From Octopus vulgaris (lineage: Eukaryota): DNA of 64,000 bases. This document shows positions 52,038-62,550 of the stretch, piece by piece. Below the pieces are notes generated by a model, which had not been told where the DNA came from, made no database searches, and saw only the letters and a list, made by a program, of their open reading frames with translations. Location of the stretch: NCBI GenBank assembly GCA_951406725.2, contig OX597825.1, forward strand, positions 41,850,001-41,914,000, written 5' to 3'. Made by a program: the position numbers and the translations under genes. Position 1 is the stretch's first letter, and each line of letters starts with the position of its first letter.

Positions 52038-52522
52038 TTGAGTAGTTGAATGAATTATCTTATTATGGATAATTCGGTTAACCGATACCTGGGTAGCAAA
52101 TTCACGTCAGAAAAACACAGTTGAAGCTACATGTCTAGGGCAGAGATCACGTGCTATCATGTGGAAATTTGTGTGTTTTTTAAATACAAATAAATGAAAG
52201 AATGGAGTTGAATGACAAATTAACAAAATTCTTTATTTTCGACATATGTTTTGAAGGCTGCATATTCCTAATTTCGAAGGAATAAGGGGTGCATTATGCC
52301 GCCTTCTCATCAGGAAAAACAAGGAACTTATGTCAGCATCAAGATGCACAAAAACTTTTAGATGACTGCCCACACGGAGCCCATAGCGATAATGAGTGTT
52401 TCTTTAAAATATTCCGTTATAAGCAGTGACGTCAAAAATGGGAAATTAGGAATATGCAGCCGTCGAAACATATGTCGAAAATAAAGGAATTTTGTTAATT
52501 CGTCGTTCAACTCCATTCTTTC

Positions 52523-52528
<6 letters not shown>
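52032..52528. mobile_element. (TA)n-flanked Penelope-like pLTR remnant with about 86-bp inverted arms
   Basis: 52190-52275 is the reverse complement of 52442-52528 with few mismatches; HHR overlaps the left arm. Confidence 0.8.
52236..52319 (-). ncRNA. Type-I hammerhead ribozyme, canonical except G12>A
   Basis: ttttc-CTGATGA-gaaggc(g)gcata..tatgc(a)gccttc-AAAAC-atat-GTC-gaaaa; the inverted arm keeps GAAAC at 52465-52469. Confidence 0.85.
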
Positions 52529-52560
<32 letters not shown>

Positions 52561-52563
<3 letters not shown>

Positions 52564-52712
52564 ACAGGCTTTTTTTCAGTTTCTGTCTACCAAGTCCACT
52601 ACAAGGCTTTGGTTGGCCTGAGGCTATAGTCAAAGATACTTGCCCAAGGTACCATGCAGTGGGACTGAACCAAGAACCATGTGTTTGTAAAGCAAACTTT
52701 TTACCACACAAT
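52561..52712 (-). mobile_element. CORE-like SINE 5' half
   Basis: Reverse complement of the 39200-39360 head. Confidence 0.8.
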
Positions 52713-53204
52713 CACATTGACAGTCAGGCAAGCAGGCAGGTATGTTTGTGTGTGGGTGTGCACATGCATGTTTGCATATTAATTGGTTGTGATCCTGTCA
52801 GTCATGGCCTTAGTTCAGCAATAGCTTCCAGCATGTGACTGGCTGGTAGAATACTTTGAGGGAATATTACTAAATTAATTAGATAATTCATCAAGTAATA
52901 ACATTTCATTCTTCCATTACAAAATTAGAACAATTATAGAAAGATAATAGGTACTTCACAACTCCATTCCTAGAAGTAACATAAGTTACATATAGTATGT
53001 GATAAAAATTCAATCAGTTTCTGTTAACTGAGCAGTTTAAAAGCCTAGAAATGTGGTACATATTCTATGATGTAAAAAATATATAACCGATGCAAATGCT
53101 TTGCTACTGAAACGTGTGGCATAGATTGAACTGCTATTATCCATTCTTTCAACTGATACACACTTACACATCCATACCCACATATACATACACATATAAA
53201 ATCA

Positions 53205-53680
53205 TTACTGAATCAGTGATGAGAACAGTATTAATACCTAAAGTGATCTTTATTTCCAACTTAATGAGAATGTATTGTTTGAGCATCAAACACTGTATTA
53301 TTTACAGTGAGAGAAGCTCTCCTATGGATGCATGGTGCATAAATGCACACACCTTCATATTGCTAGCTGATGAGAAGAATCACCATCTATGGACGCTGAG
53401 ATATGAGTTCAAAAAGCTCTGTCTCTTCAGTGGCAGATGCCCAGTAGCTACATACAACCAGATTTTACTGCTTGTACTATATAGAATTTCAGTGACCATT
53501 CAGTCACTGATGTCACAAATAGCCAACAGACTTATTAAAAAATAATTTTTACTGACAGAAGCAGTATTAATACCAAACGCCAATCTTTATATCCAACTTA
53601 ATGTGGATGTATTGTTATAGCACCAAATACTGCATAATTTACCATGGAAGTTCCTCTCATATGGATGCATGGTGCATAAA
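53205..53680. repeat. Two diverged direct repeats of about 130 bp
   Basis: cagtattaatacc..ccaacttaatg..tatggatgcatggtgcataaa at 53205-53343 and 53548-53680. Confidence 0.75.
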
Positions 53681-53689
53681 AGTACGTTG

Positions 53690-54018
53690 GAAAATTTCTT
53701 CTTATCTGCTTCCCTTCTGGCTAACAAAAATTGTTTCCTAGCATCCTGTCTGGCTATTTGATACAGTTACCTGCTACCACTACACTTCCAAGCCTTCCAT
53801 GCCTGTTCCTTTTCCCTAATAGCCCTGTTAACTACATTGTTCCACCACCATATCATCTTAGGTTGAGAGGGGACTTTGCACCAGCAACAGATCTGGTGAG
53901 TAGCCCTCAACAGGTTGTCCCATAGGAACCACCAGTTGTCCTCCACACTATGTGATGTTACTTCTTCCGCTTTTTTATCGAAAGTTTCAAATAATGCGTC
54001 AGTAAATCTCTGTCCATT

Positions 54019-54020
<2 letters not shown>
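53690..54020 (-). mobile_element. RTE LINE endonuclease-RT linker fragment
   Basis: VEDNWWFLWDNLLRATHQICCW..IWWWNNVVNRAIREKEQAWKAWK. Confidence 0.82.
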
Positions 54021-54077
<57 letters not shown>

Positions 54078-55146
54078 GATAACTAGATACTTGCCCAATA
54101 GGTGGAAAGAGAGAAAAATACATTGACTGTGAGACAGAGTTGAAAGGGGACATAATTACTGAAAGTGAAAGTAAGACACTAGAAAAATATAGAAAGATAC
54201 AAATAGAGGTAGAAAAGTTAGGTAAATGAATAAATAGATAAAAAGATAATAAATAGATAGAGTTAGAGTAATTCATGCATAAATTACTAATCTTTTCTTC
54301 TAAGTGAAGGTATAATCTTCATATAACATATATCTAAGACTAATGACAAGATATTCCTTGTATCCAAGATGTAACTATTATATTAAACAAATAGAAACTA
54401 GTATAACCCCGAGCTAAATATAAAGCTGTATTCTGAAAATATGAAATATTATATGATGAAACTATAGATAGATATATATACATCTACACAAAAATAAAAC
54501 ATTATTGACTACTAGAATTATTTTCAGTGCTTAACAATCCAGAATGCTTAACAACAAAATATGCCATTACTTGGAATATATTTAACAAACAAATGAGACT
54601 AAGCCAGGATAACTTCTTACTAGTCAGGAATGAGAAGAGCTTAACATCCAATGACGTGCATGAGATACTTCAGTATAATTGCACATTTCTCATATAAATT
54701 ACATTGAAATCCTACTCCTTACTATAATGAGTTATGTCCCCTTCCATTACCTTGTTTTTGTTTATCTTTGGCACTTATCAGAGATGAGGAATCTTTTAAT
54801 GATCTGTCATTTTCTTTCTGTCACTGTTTTATCAAATGCATCTATTTTTTAAAAATTTGGAAGGATTTGATTTAAGGGAGATATGGTTAAGATTTTTAGC
54901 TGATCAAGGGACCAATTAGAGGTTCCCTCTTTTGTTTCAAAGGCTCCCTTACTATCTTATCATAGAACTTTGTTTTATATCGAGAGTGGAAAATAGCAAG
55001 ACCACATTCAATTAATTCCAATAATATAATCATTAATATGTTCAGTCTAAGAGAAATTTTCTAATAAAAGATTATCTTAAAATGTTAATGGAATTCATCA
55101 ACACTGAAAGTAATATAATAATAAAAAGAAGTGATTGCTAATCGGA

Positions 55147-55180
<34 letters not shown>

Positions 55181-55464
55181 CTTTTTTTTGTTTTGTTTTT
55201 TTGATAGATGGTGATTTATGTGTGTACACATGTGTATATGTGTAGGAACATATATGTGTATATGTGTGTGCCTCAACTTACAGAGTTTAAGCAATGTATT
55301 GTGCAGATGCCCATGACAAACTTGAGAGTTAATATAATGTGAAAGCTGTTTCATATATCATATACAGTTCTTTGTTTAAAAATAATGCCAAGATATATAT
55401 ATATATATTCTCCAATCCTACTCAACCTATCACTGAAAAGAGTGAATGTAAGTGTAGGTGTGTG

Positions 55465-55506
<42 letters not shown>

Positions 55507-56321
55507 TGTGTAAATGCGTGTGCATAGCATGAAATATGTATGTGTACAGATATGATTGACTGCTTAAGATGTTCACTTTGGATTCGTGACATTCTGAGTT
55601 CTGTCCCATTGCACAACATTTTGGGCAATGGTCATTACCATAGACGTGGATCAGTCTCTGCCTTATGAGTGAAACTAGTTCGGCAAAAAGTGTTTGGAAG
55701 CCTGATATAGGGATTGTGGCAGTCATTTAAGAAGTCAGTCTTCTTACACTGAATCCTTATACAGTGGTAGAAGAAATCCTCAGCTTCTACTCTATACTTC
55801 TTACTCTTTCACACTCATGATCACCAGATTGTGGTTTTGATTCCTGGACCAAGTGATGCATTGTTTTCATTGGTATTATGCTTAATGTCACGTTGTTGCA
55901 CGAGTCCACTCACCTGGCAAAAGTGAGTAATCCGTCAATAGACCAGCACCCATTCCAGTGGGGTAATATATATACTACATAATCTGGGTGACCAGCTTTG
56001 TTTGGCTTCGACTTAGGAAGAATTATTTTCTGATGGTTTTATTGATGCACACACACTCACACACGATGGACTCTCCTGACAATTTTGACATATGAGGCTC
56101 TGACAACGTACTCTTTCTTTGTCAGTCATAATGCCTAAGTTGTATGTGACATTTAAATCAAGCCAATGATTTGCAAAGAAGGCCACAGATGCTGCAAGTA
56201 TGAGGATTACAGGTCAGTGCAGGTGGTATATTTCCAGCTCTTCTCCTTTGCCTTGCACCCCAAAGCCTGTTAATGCTGGTTTCAATTAACATTTAGACAC
56301 AACAATTTCCATTCACTTTGT

Positions 56322-56438
56322 GCTTACAGCACCCAGGTTTCCCACATTGTCCCTCACCTTAGTACTCACTACGCTCGATGTTACTTAACTTCAATGATTG
56401 GATGAGAACCAGTACATTCAATTTGATATGGTCATATA
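56322..56438 (-). pseudogene. Degenerate 5S rRNA-derived sequence (pseudogene or SINE3 head)
   Basis: Minus strand tatgaccatatc..ttgaa..ctggttctcatccaatcattgaagttaagtaacatcgagc..agtact..tgggaa..gggtgctgtaagc is colinear with metazoan 5S rRNA over about 117 nt. Confidence 0.85.
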
Positions 56439-56630
56439 TATATAATTAATTGTAGAATTGATTTGAATCAAGTTATTTTAACATTCAGGACACAGGAAAG
56501 TGTCGAGTTCAGAATGTGTGCATATAACACATACAAATACATCTGTATATACATTTGTATATGAAAATCTCCATAAATTTACATATATATATACACACAC
56601 ATACATATATATACATATATGTATATACAT

Positions 56631-56664
<34 letters not shown>

Positions 56665-57078
56665 GCACACATATAACACACACATACATAAAAATATATG
56701 AATACATGGAAATATATACCCATGCATGTAAGTTCACTATCCACTTCAAGTTCCAGAACCAACATATGGAAGGTTACAGGTATAGTGTTTGCATACCTAC
56801 CATTTCAGATGCATTTTTTATTAATGAGTCATTTGATTACACCATAAAAAGTTTTCTTCAGGTAATTATAAATTTGATTCAGAAAAAATACCATAAGAAT
56901 ATATGAGTGTGTGGAGGTCTGTGTGTGTGTGTATATATATAGGGTATATATATATATACACACACACATATACACATACACATGTATATATATATATTTA
57001 TATATAAATATATATATATACACATACTACATATATACACATATATATATAGTTCTTTTCTGGTGAAGGCCAGTTTAT

Positions 57079-57139
57079 GGGGTTACCCTGGGTTTCTCGT
57101 CCATAAAGAGTTTAACTTTATGGAGTATCGTCTGATCCC
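57079..57139 (-). ncRNA. Hammerhead motif in left arm (U4>A)
   Basis: gggat-CAGACGA-tac-tccataaag/ctttatgga-cga-GAAACCC-a-GGGTA-acccc. Confidence 0.6.
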
Positions 57140-58219
57140 TAAGACATCTTTAAAATATGGAGGGGAAAAGTCTGGATACAAAAGCAAATGTAAGCAAGGG
57201 GATTATCTCGCTTTGTAATGACTATCAACTTCCAGCAGTGCTGCCATCTTGTGTTCCTCAAAATGCCAGTGGCCCTAGCCGAAGCACCAGCATAAGCATG
57301 ACTAATGGCACCCCTAGGAGCAGTAGTAGCCACCCCTCCACACCATCAGTGAAGACCGCAATAATAATAGCAACAGCTTTAGCTACAGTTTTAGCAACTA
57401 TAGCACCTCCCAATGGTGATAGCATTACCAATGCCACCACCACCCCCATCTTGGCCAACACCAACAGCCCCGATTCCAGCAACATCGACACCGACAACAA
57501 CATCAGCAACAACATTGACAGCATTAGGAACAACAACATCAACAAGTGCATTACCGGCAGCACATGCAGGGATAATAACATTACTGACACAACCACCACC
57601 TCCAGCTGCACCAACACTAGCAGCTCCAGCTCCAACATCAACAGCAGCAGCAACAACATCGGTGACATCAACGTCATCAGTGGCTACAACCACAACATCA
57701 GCCGTAGCAGCATCAATAGCAAACAATAATAATGGGTACAGCACCGACATCATGCATCCACAGTTCATTCAAGAAACGTGTTTCCAATCATCCTAGAAAG
57801 GAGGTATATAACATCGTTGCCCAGCCATGTCTGGCAACTAAAAGACAACAGAATTCCACACTGAATCTCATGGAAAATCCTTGAAAACCCTGCTCCCTAC
57901 ATCAACAGGATGAAACACTGCAAACTATGCATAGCTGAATGCACAAGAATCCTAAAAGACTCACTCAAACCAGGGATCATACTTAACTCCAGATTTCTGC
58001 TGGCTTTTTGGGGACCGCAAGATGGAGGCACAGCCAGAAGTTGATAGCTAATGGGAGAGGGAGATAATCCCCTATTGTTTACCCGCATAGCTGAAGGATG
58101 GTGGTATGGCCAGAAGCAATAGCCATTAGCAAAGGGAGATAATCCCCTTGTTTACATTTGCTTTTGTATTGAGACTCTTCCCCTCCATATTTTAAAGAGG
58201 TCTTAGGCCATTAGATCTT

Positions 58220-58280
58220 GGGATCTGATAATATGCTATAACGTTAAATCCTTTATGAATGGGAAACACAGGGTAACTCC
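58220..58280 (+). ncRNA. Hammerhead motif in right arm (G8>A, more decayed)
   Basis: gggat-CTGATAA-..-GAAACAC-a-GGGTA-actcc; combining both arms gives canonical CTGAYGA. Confidence 0.5.
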
Positions 58281-58432
58281 CAAAAAAACCAGCCTTCACC
58301 TGAAAAAAATATAGACTACTTCCTAAAGTGTGCTTCTTCGGATTTGTTTTTCTAAAAACTATATATATATATATGTATGTATGTATATGCATATATATGT
58401 GTGTTTGTGTGCATGTGTGTGTATATACATAC

Positions 58433-58486
<54 letters not shown>

Positions 58487-58489
58487 CAC

Positions 58490-58940
58490 CATCATTATCA
58501 TCATCATTTAACGTCCGTCCCACACATGCATGCATGGATGGGACGGTTGACAGGAGCTGGCCAGGTAGATGACTACCTCAAGTTACTGTGTCTGTTTTGA
58601 CAGGGTTTTTATGGCTGGAAGCCCTTCATATCACCAACCACTCTGCAGAGTGGACTCAGTTCCTTTTATGTGGTACTGGCATAGGCAAAGTTAGTTTTGG
58701 CATGATTTTTACAACTGGATGCTCTTCCAAATGCCAACTGCTTTACAGCATGGACTGAATGCTTTTTACATGGCCCCAGCACTGGCAGGGTCACCAAGTA
58801 ACTCACAAGACAAGGAATTTTGAGAGGGGCAAAAGTATTTGAACTTGTGCCAGAGGATGAAAGGTTAGATTATGACTGAGAGACAGTGAGGCAGAAACAG
58901 GTGTCTTGCTATAGAGGAGGTACATGGTTACCCAGTGTGT
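58490..58940 (-). mobile_element. RTE 3'-UTR-derived repeat
   Basis: Colinear with 19400-19950 including its internal duplication. Confidence 0.8.
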
Positions 58941-59026
<86 letters not shown>

Positions 59027-59030
59027 ATTA

Positions 59031-59875
59031 CAAGGTGGTATCAAAAAGTTCCCAGACTAGTTCTGTAGCATGCTAACCGATGACAGCACATGGTTGCATG
59101 CACAGTGAGAGCTAACAGTGACCTTCATGAGGCAGTGTGTGGAATGACATTGCTGTGTTTACTTCGCAAGTTGTGAAATTTGTGTTTTTGTGATTACATG
59201 TATGCTGTAGTCTACGATTTTTGTCATGGACAGGAAGTTGGAACAAGGAGCCAACGCAAAATTTTGCATTAAACTTGGGAAGTCTGCTGCAAAAACATTG
59301 AGCATGCTTCAGCAAGCTTATGGCAATGAAGCATTGGGTTGTATGCAATGTTTCAAGTAGCATAGGTGCTTCAAAAGGCACGACAGAACCACAGCTCAAT
59401 CAAGAGGCCCCAGGGCCAGATCATCAATTGAGAGTTCTACTGCAACATTTTGAAGCATTTGAGAGAACATTTGGTGAAAGCCACCGGATTCCTGGAGTGT
59501 GAAATGCACCTTGTCACCAGGCTGTCTTCACTCATGAGTTTCTCACCAAAACAACATGATATTGCTTCTGCACCTGCTCTATTCACTAGACTTAGCACCT
59601 GCAGACTTCTGTTTCTTCTCCAAGATGAAAATGTAGCTCAAAGGGTACCATTTTAACATTATTGTTGGGATCAAGAGCAAAAAACAACAGGTCCTTGACT
59701 CGTTTACAGAAAACGACTTCCAGGTTGGATTCCAAAAGTGACAGGTGACAGGCATGCTGGAACCAGTGTATTGTTGCACAAGGTGCCTATTTCGAAGAGT
59801 TGATGTTAAAAGTTTGGTAAATAAATTACTTTTTATTAAACATAACTAGTCCAGGAACTTTTTGATACCACCTCA
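59031..59875 (+). mobile_element. Internally deleted mariner with both TIRs
   Basis: aggtggtatcaaaaagttcc(ca/tg)gactagtt at both ends in inverted orientation; EQGANAKFCIKLGKSAAKTLSMLQQAYG and YSLDLAPADF motifs. Confidence 0.92.
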
Positions 59876-59942
59876 TCTATGCATACAGTCATACACACAC
59901 ACACACACACGTATTTATGTATGTATGTATGCATGTATTACA

Positions 59943-60112
59943 CATTCTTTATTTTCTCTCCTTGTCTCTTTCTGTGTCCCTTTCTGTGGAAGAGTGTAGA
60001 CTCGAAACGTTAAAGACTTTTTCACTTCCCGAGCATTAAACTAATACATCTGTTTGTTTTCTACACCACATGTCTTCATCTTTTGCTTTTCTTTTTTGTG
60101 AATTCTCCCTAT
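59943..60112 (+). mobile_element. Solo pLTR of the Penelope family at 50038-51360
   Basis: Reverse complement of 50038-50195; ends at (TA)n. Confidence 0.88.
59980..60015 (+). ncRNA. Minimal hammerhead motif with A6>U
   Basis: cttt-CTGTGGA-A-GAGT-gtag-ACTC-GAAACGTT-aaag; palindromic AACGTT. Confidence 0.6.
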
Positions 60113-61090
60113 ATATACTTATATATATATATATATATATATCTACGTTGGCACTTGCATAGCTTTATGGTTAAGAAATATGCTTTGGAAACAGCTAGTT
60201 TTGGGTTTGGTTTTGCATTAGTTTCTTTTAATATATTCCTGACCCAACCAATTCTTTTTAAGAGAATTTGGATTACAGAAATTGCAGATGGTTTTATACA
60301 CACACACACACACACACATCTATGCATGCATGTTTGCATGTGTGTGTGAGTGTATGTGTGCATGTGTGCATGTGCATGAATATGCATGAACGTTGATATC
60401 TCATACATGTCATAGCTTGAACAAAGCAGGCATTGTGTTGTTCCACAATAGGCATCACATTGTGACATTACGAACACTTTGTGCTTTCAAAGAGTTGAGG
60501 ATATAAAAATATTCCTTTTTTGAGTAACACACACAAACCATTTTTTCTGTTGCTGACCTGGCTCATGTTAACTCTAATACATATATTAGTTTGCTACTTA
60601 TTAAACAACTTCATCACACAAACATATTTACAAACTTCATATATATACATATATATATATCAACACATAAGTATTTTAAACACATACATACTAACTCTGC
60701 TGTGCAGATGTGCATGACGTAGTAGCCTCTTTTATTGATATTGTATTAAAATACAGTATTTGTGTGTGTGTGTGTCTGTGTGTGTGTGTGTGTGTGTCTG
60801 TGTGTGTGTGAGAGAGAAAGAGAGGGCTTAAAAGAGAGAGTGAGAGAGGAAGGAAAAGAGAGTTATGAGATATTTATTGTATGTGTTGTAATATTATTAA
60901 ATTATATGTGTTTAAACAGTGTTAAATATTGCATAGTTGTTGAAAGATTTATTCAGTGGAGCAAAAAATGTTTTTTACTGCACCAACACTGGTGTGTGTG
61001 AGAGAGAGAGAGAGGTAGTGTGTGTGCCTGTGTGTATATTTTCTCTCTCTCTTCCCTCTCTGTATCTCTCCCTCCTTCATTCTGTGTGTG

Positions 61091-61174
<84 letters not shown>

Positions 61175-62074
61175 CATATATGTATATAAGTGTAGACCTG
61201 GAAATTATTGAAATCTAACAGAATTTGAAAAGAGATGTTTTGCTGAGAAACATTTTTCCATCTCCAGAAGAAATTAATGAAAACTATATAACTTTAAAAA
61301 TCTATTATGAAATGAAACTCCTTTATTTTTTAAGTTAGACAGTTTTTAAAGATACAATAAATACTAGGGAAATAATATACTATGATAGGAAAATGTTATA
61401 TAAAACAAACAGGCTTGAATTTATTTTTGATACTTATGCTACTTGAAGCAGTGTGTCAAATAATTTGCACATTGTTCTTTGCTGTAGTTGTTGCTGCTTA
61501 GGATCAGAGTAACTTTGATTAAAGAAACCTATGATCAAAAACATTCCATCCAGGATATTGCTTTCTTAGAATGGGTCTCTGGAGTTCCATTATTGATTAT
61601 GTTCTTCTTTGATTAATAAAGTAAGCTTTGATTTGAGAGAAATTTGACAGGTTATTTTAGCAAGTAGAGTAACAATATAAAAGTCTCCCCTGTTAGTTGA
61701 TGTCTGATGGAAAGGCAGTGGCCAGAGTATTTACAGTTAACATGTATAAACTTGACATTCTGGACTAAATATGTATCTGACTTACATACAACAATGTAGA
61801 CTACTTAAATCTGGGACAGAATTGAAAAATGGGCATTATAACATTGAAAATGAATTTGAAGTTAACAATGGTGATAATGATAATTATATAGAAAGTCTCT
61901 GAACAGCCTGTGCTATGATTTTCCTCTTCAATTGAAATAAATGTACAGTGAGTAATCATTGGTGTCCATTCCACTGCATCAGTCTATGATTGTGTTTTAC
62001 ATTCCTGACTTAGTTCATTTATTACATGCAATTTTGTAACATCTTGTTAGAAATGGTTTTTCATCTGTCACTTT

Positions 62075-62550
62075 GGTTAACAAATTCAGGCAAATATTCA
62101 CCTCAAATTTTGCATAAAGCTTGGCAAATCTGCCCCTGAGAACCTCAAAATACCTTGCTATGCTTTTGGCAAGTAATTTTTCATTCGAACATAGTCTTTT
62201 GAATGACATCTACATTTAATGACTTGTCAAGTATTACTTCAAAATGACGAGTGTTCAGGACTCCTAATTATTGGCAAAATGTCTGAAAATCTTTGGAAAA
62301 TAATTATGGACTCATCCATGAAAGCTGTCACTTAACTGTTCATCATTTCTATAACATGGTAGGATTTAGTATATGGAGTCTGCCAGATGTTTGTCATGAA
62401 AAACCTGAAGTGTGTCTTCCAGTATTGAGATTTAATTAAAACTGCCACATTTTGATGTGTGCTTTACACTTTGTGAGAAGGTTGATGCAATGTAACTTTC
62501 ATTTGTAGAATCATGGAAGGTGTTGAAAGTTGAACATATGCCTTGGAATT
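62075..62550 (+). mobile_element. Old mariner transposase N-terminal relic
   Basis: QANIHLKFCIKLGKSAPENLKIPCYAFG..LQNDECSGLL. Confidence 0.7.

Larger units (their letters stand above)
57052..58360 (+). mobile_element. Penelope-like element with about 200-bp inverted arms, GIY-YIG C-terminal relic and internal AAC/CAG-rich tract
   Basis: 57052-57250 is the reverse complement of 58097-58306; SLPSHVWQLKDNRIPH*ISWKILENPAPYINRMKHCKLCIAE..ILNSR at about 57810-57995; (TA)n on both sides. Confidence 0.82.

Noticed and set aside
57157-57796. Overlapping 125-190 aa ORFs resembling mucin or low-complexity proteins
   Set aside because: Open in several frames on both strands because AAC/CAG repeats lack stops; lies inside a Penelope-like element.
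1150-58940. Minus-strand bias of LINE fragments suggesting a piRNA cluster or host-gene orientation
   Set aside because: Roughly 9 minus versus 5 plus by my count; too few to be meaningful.
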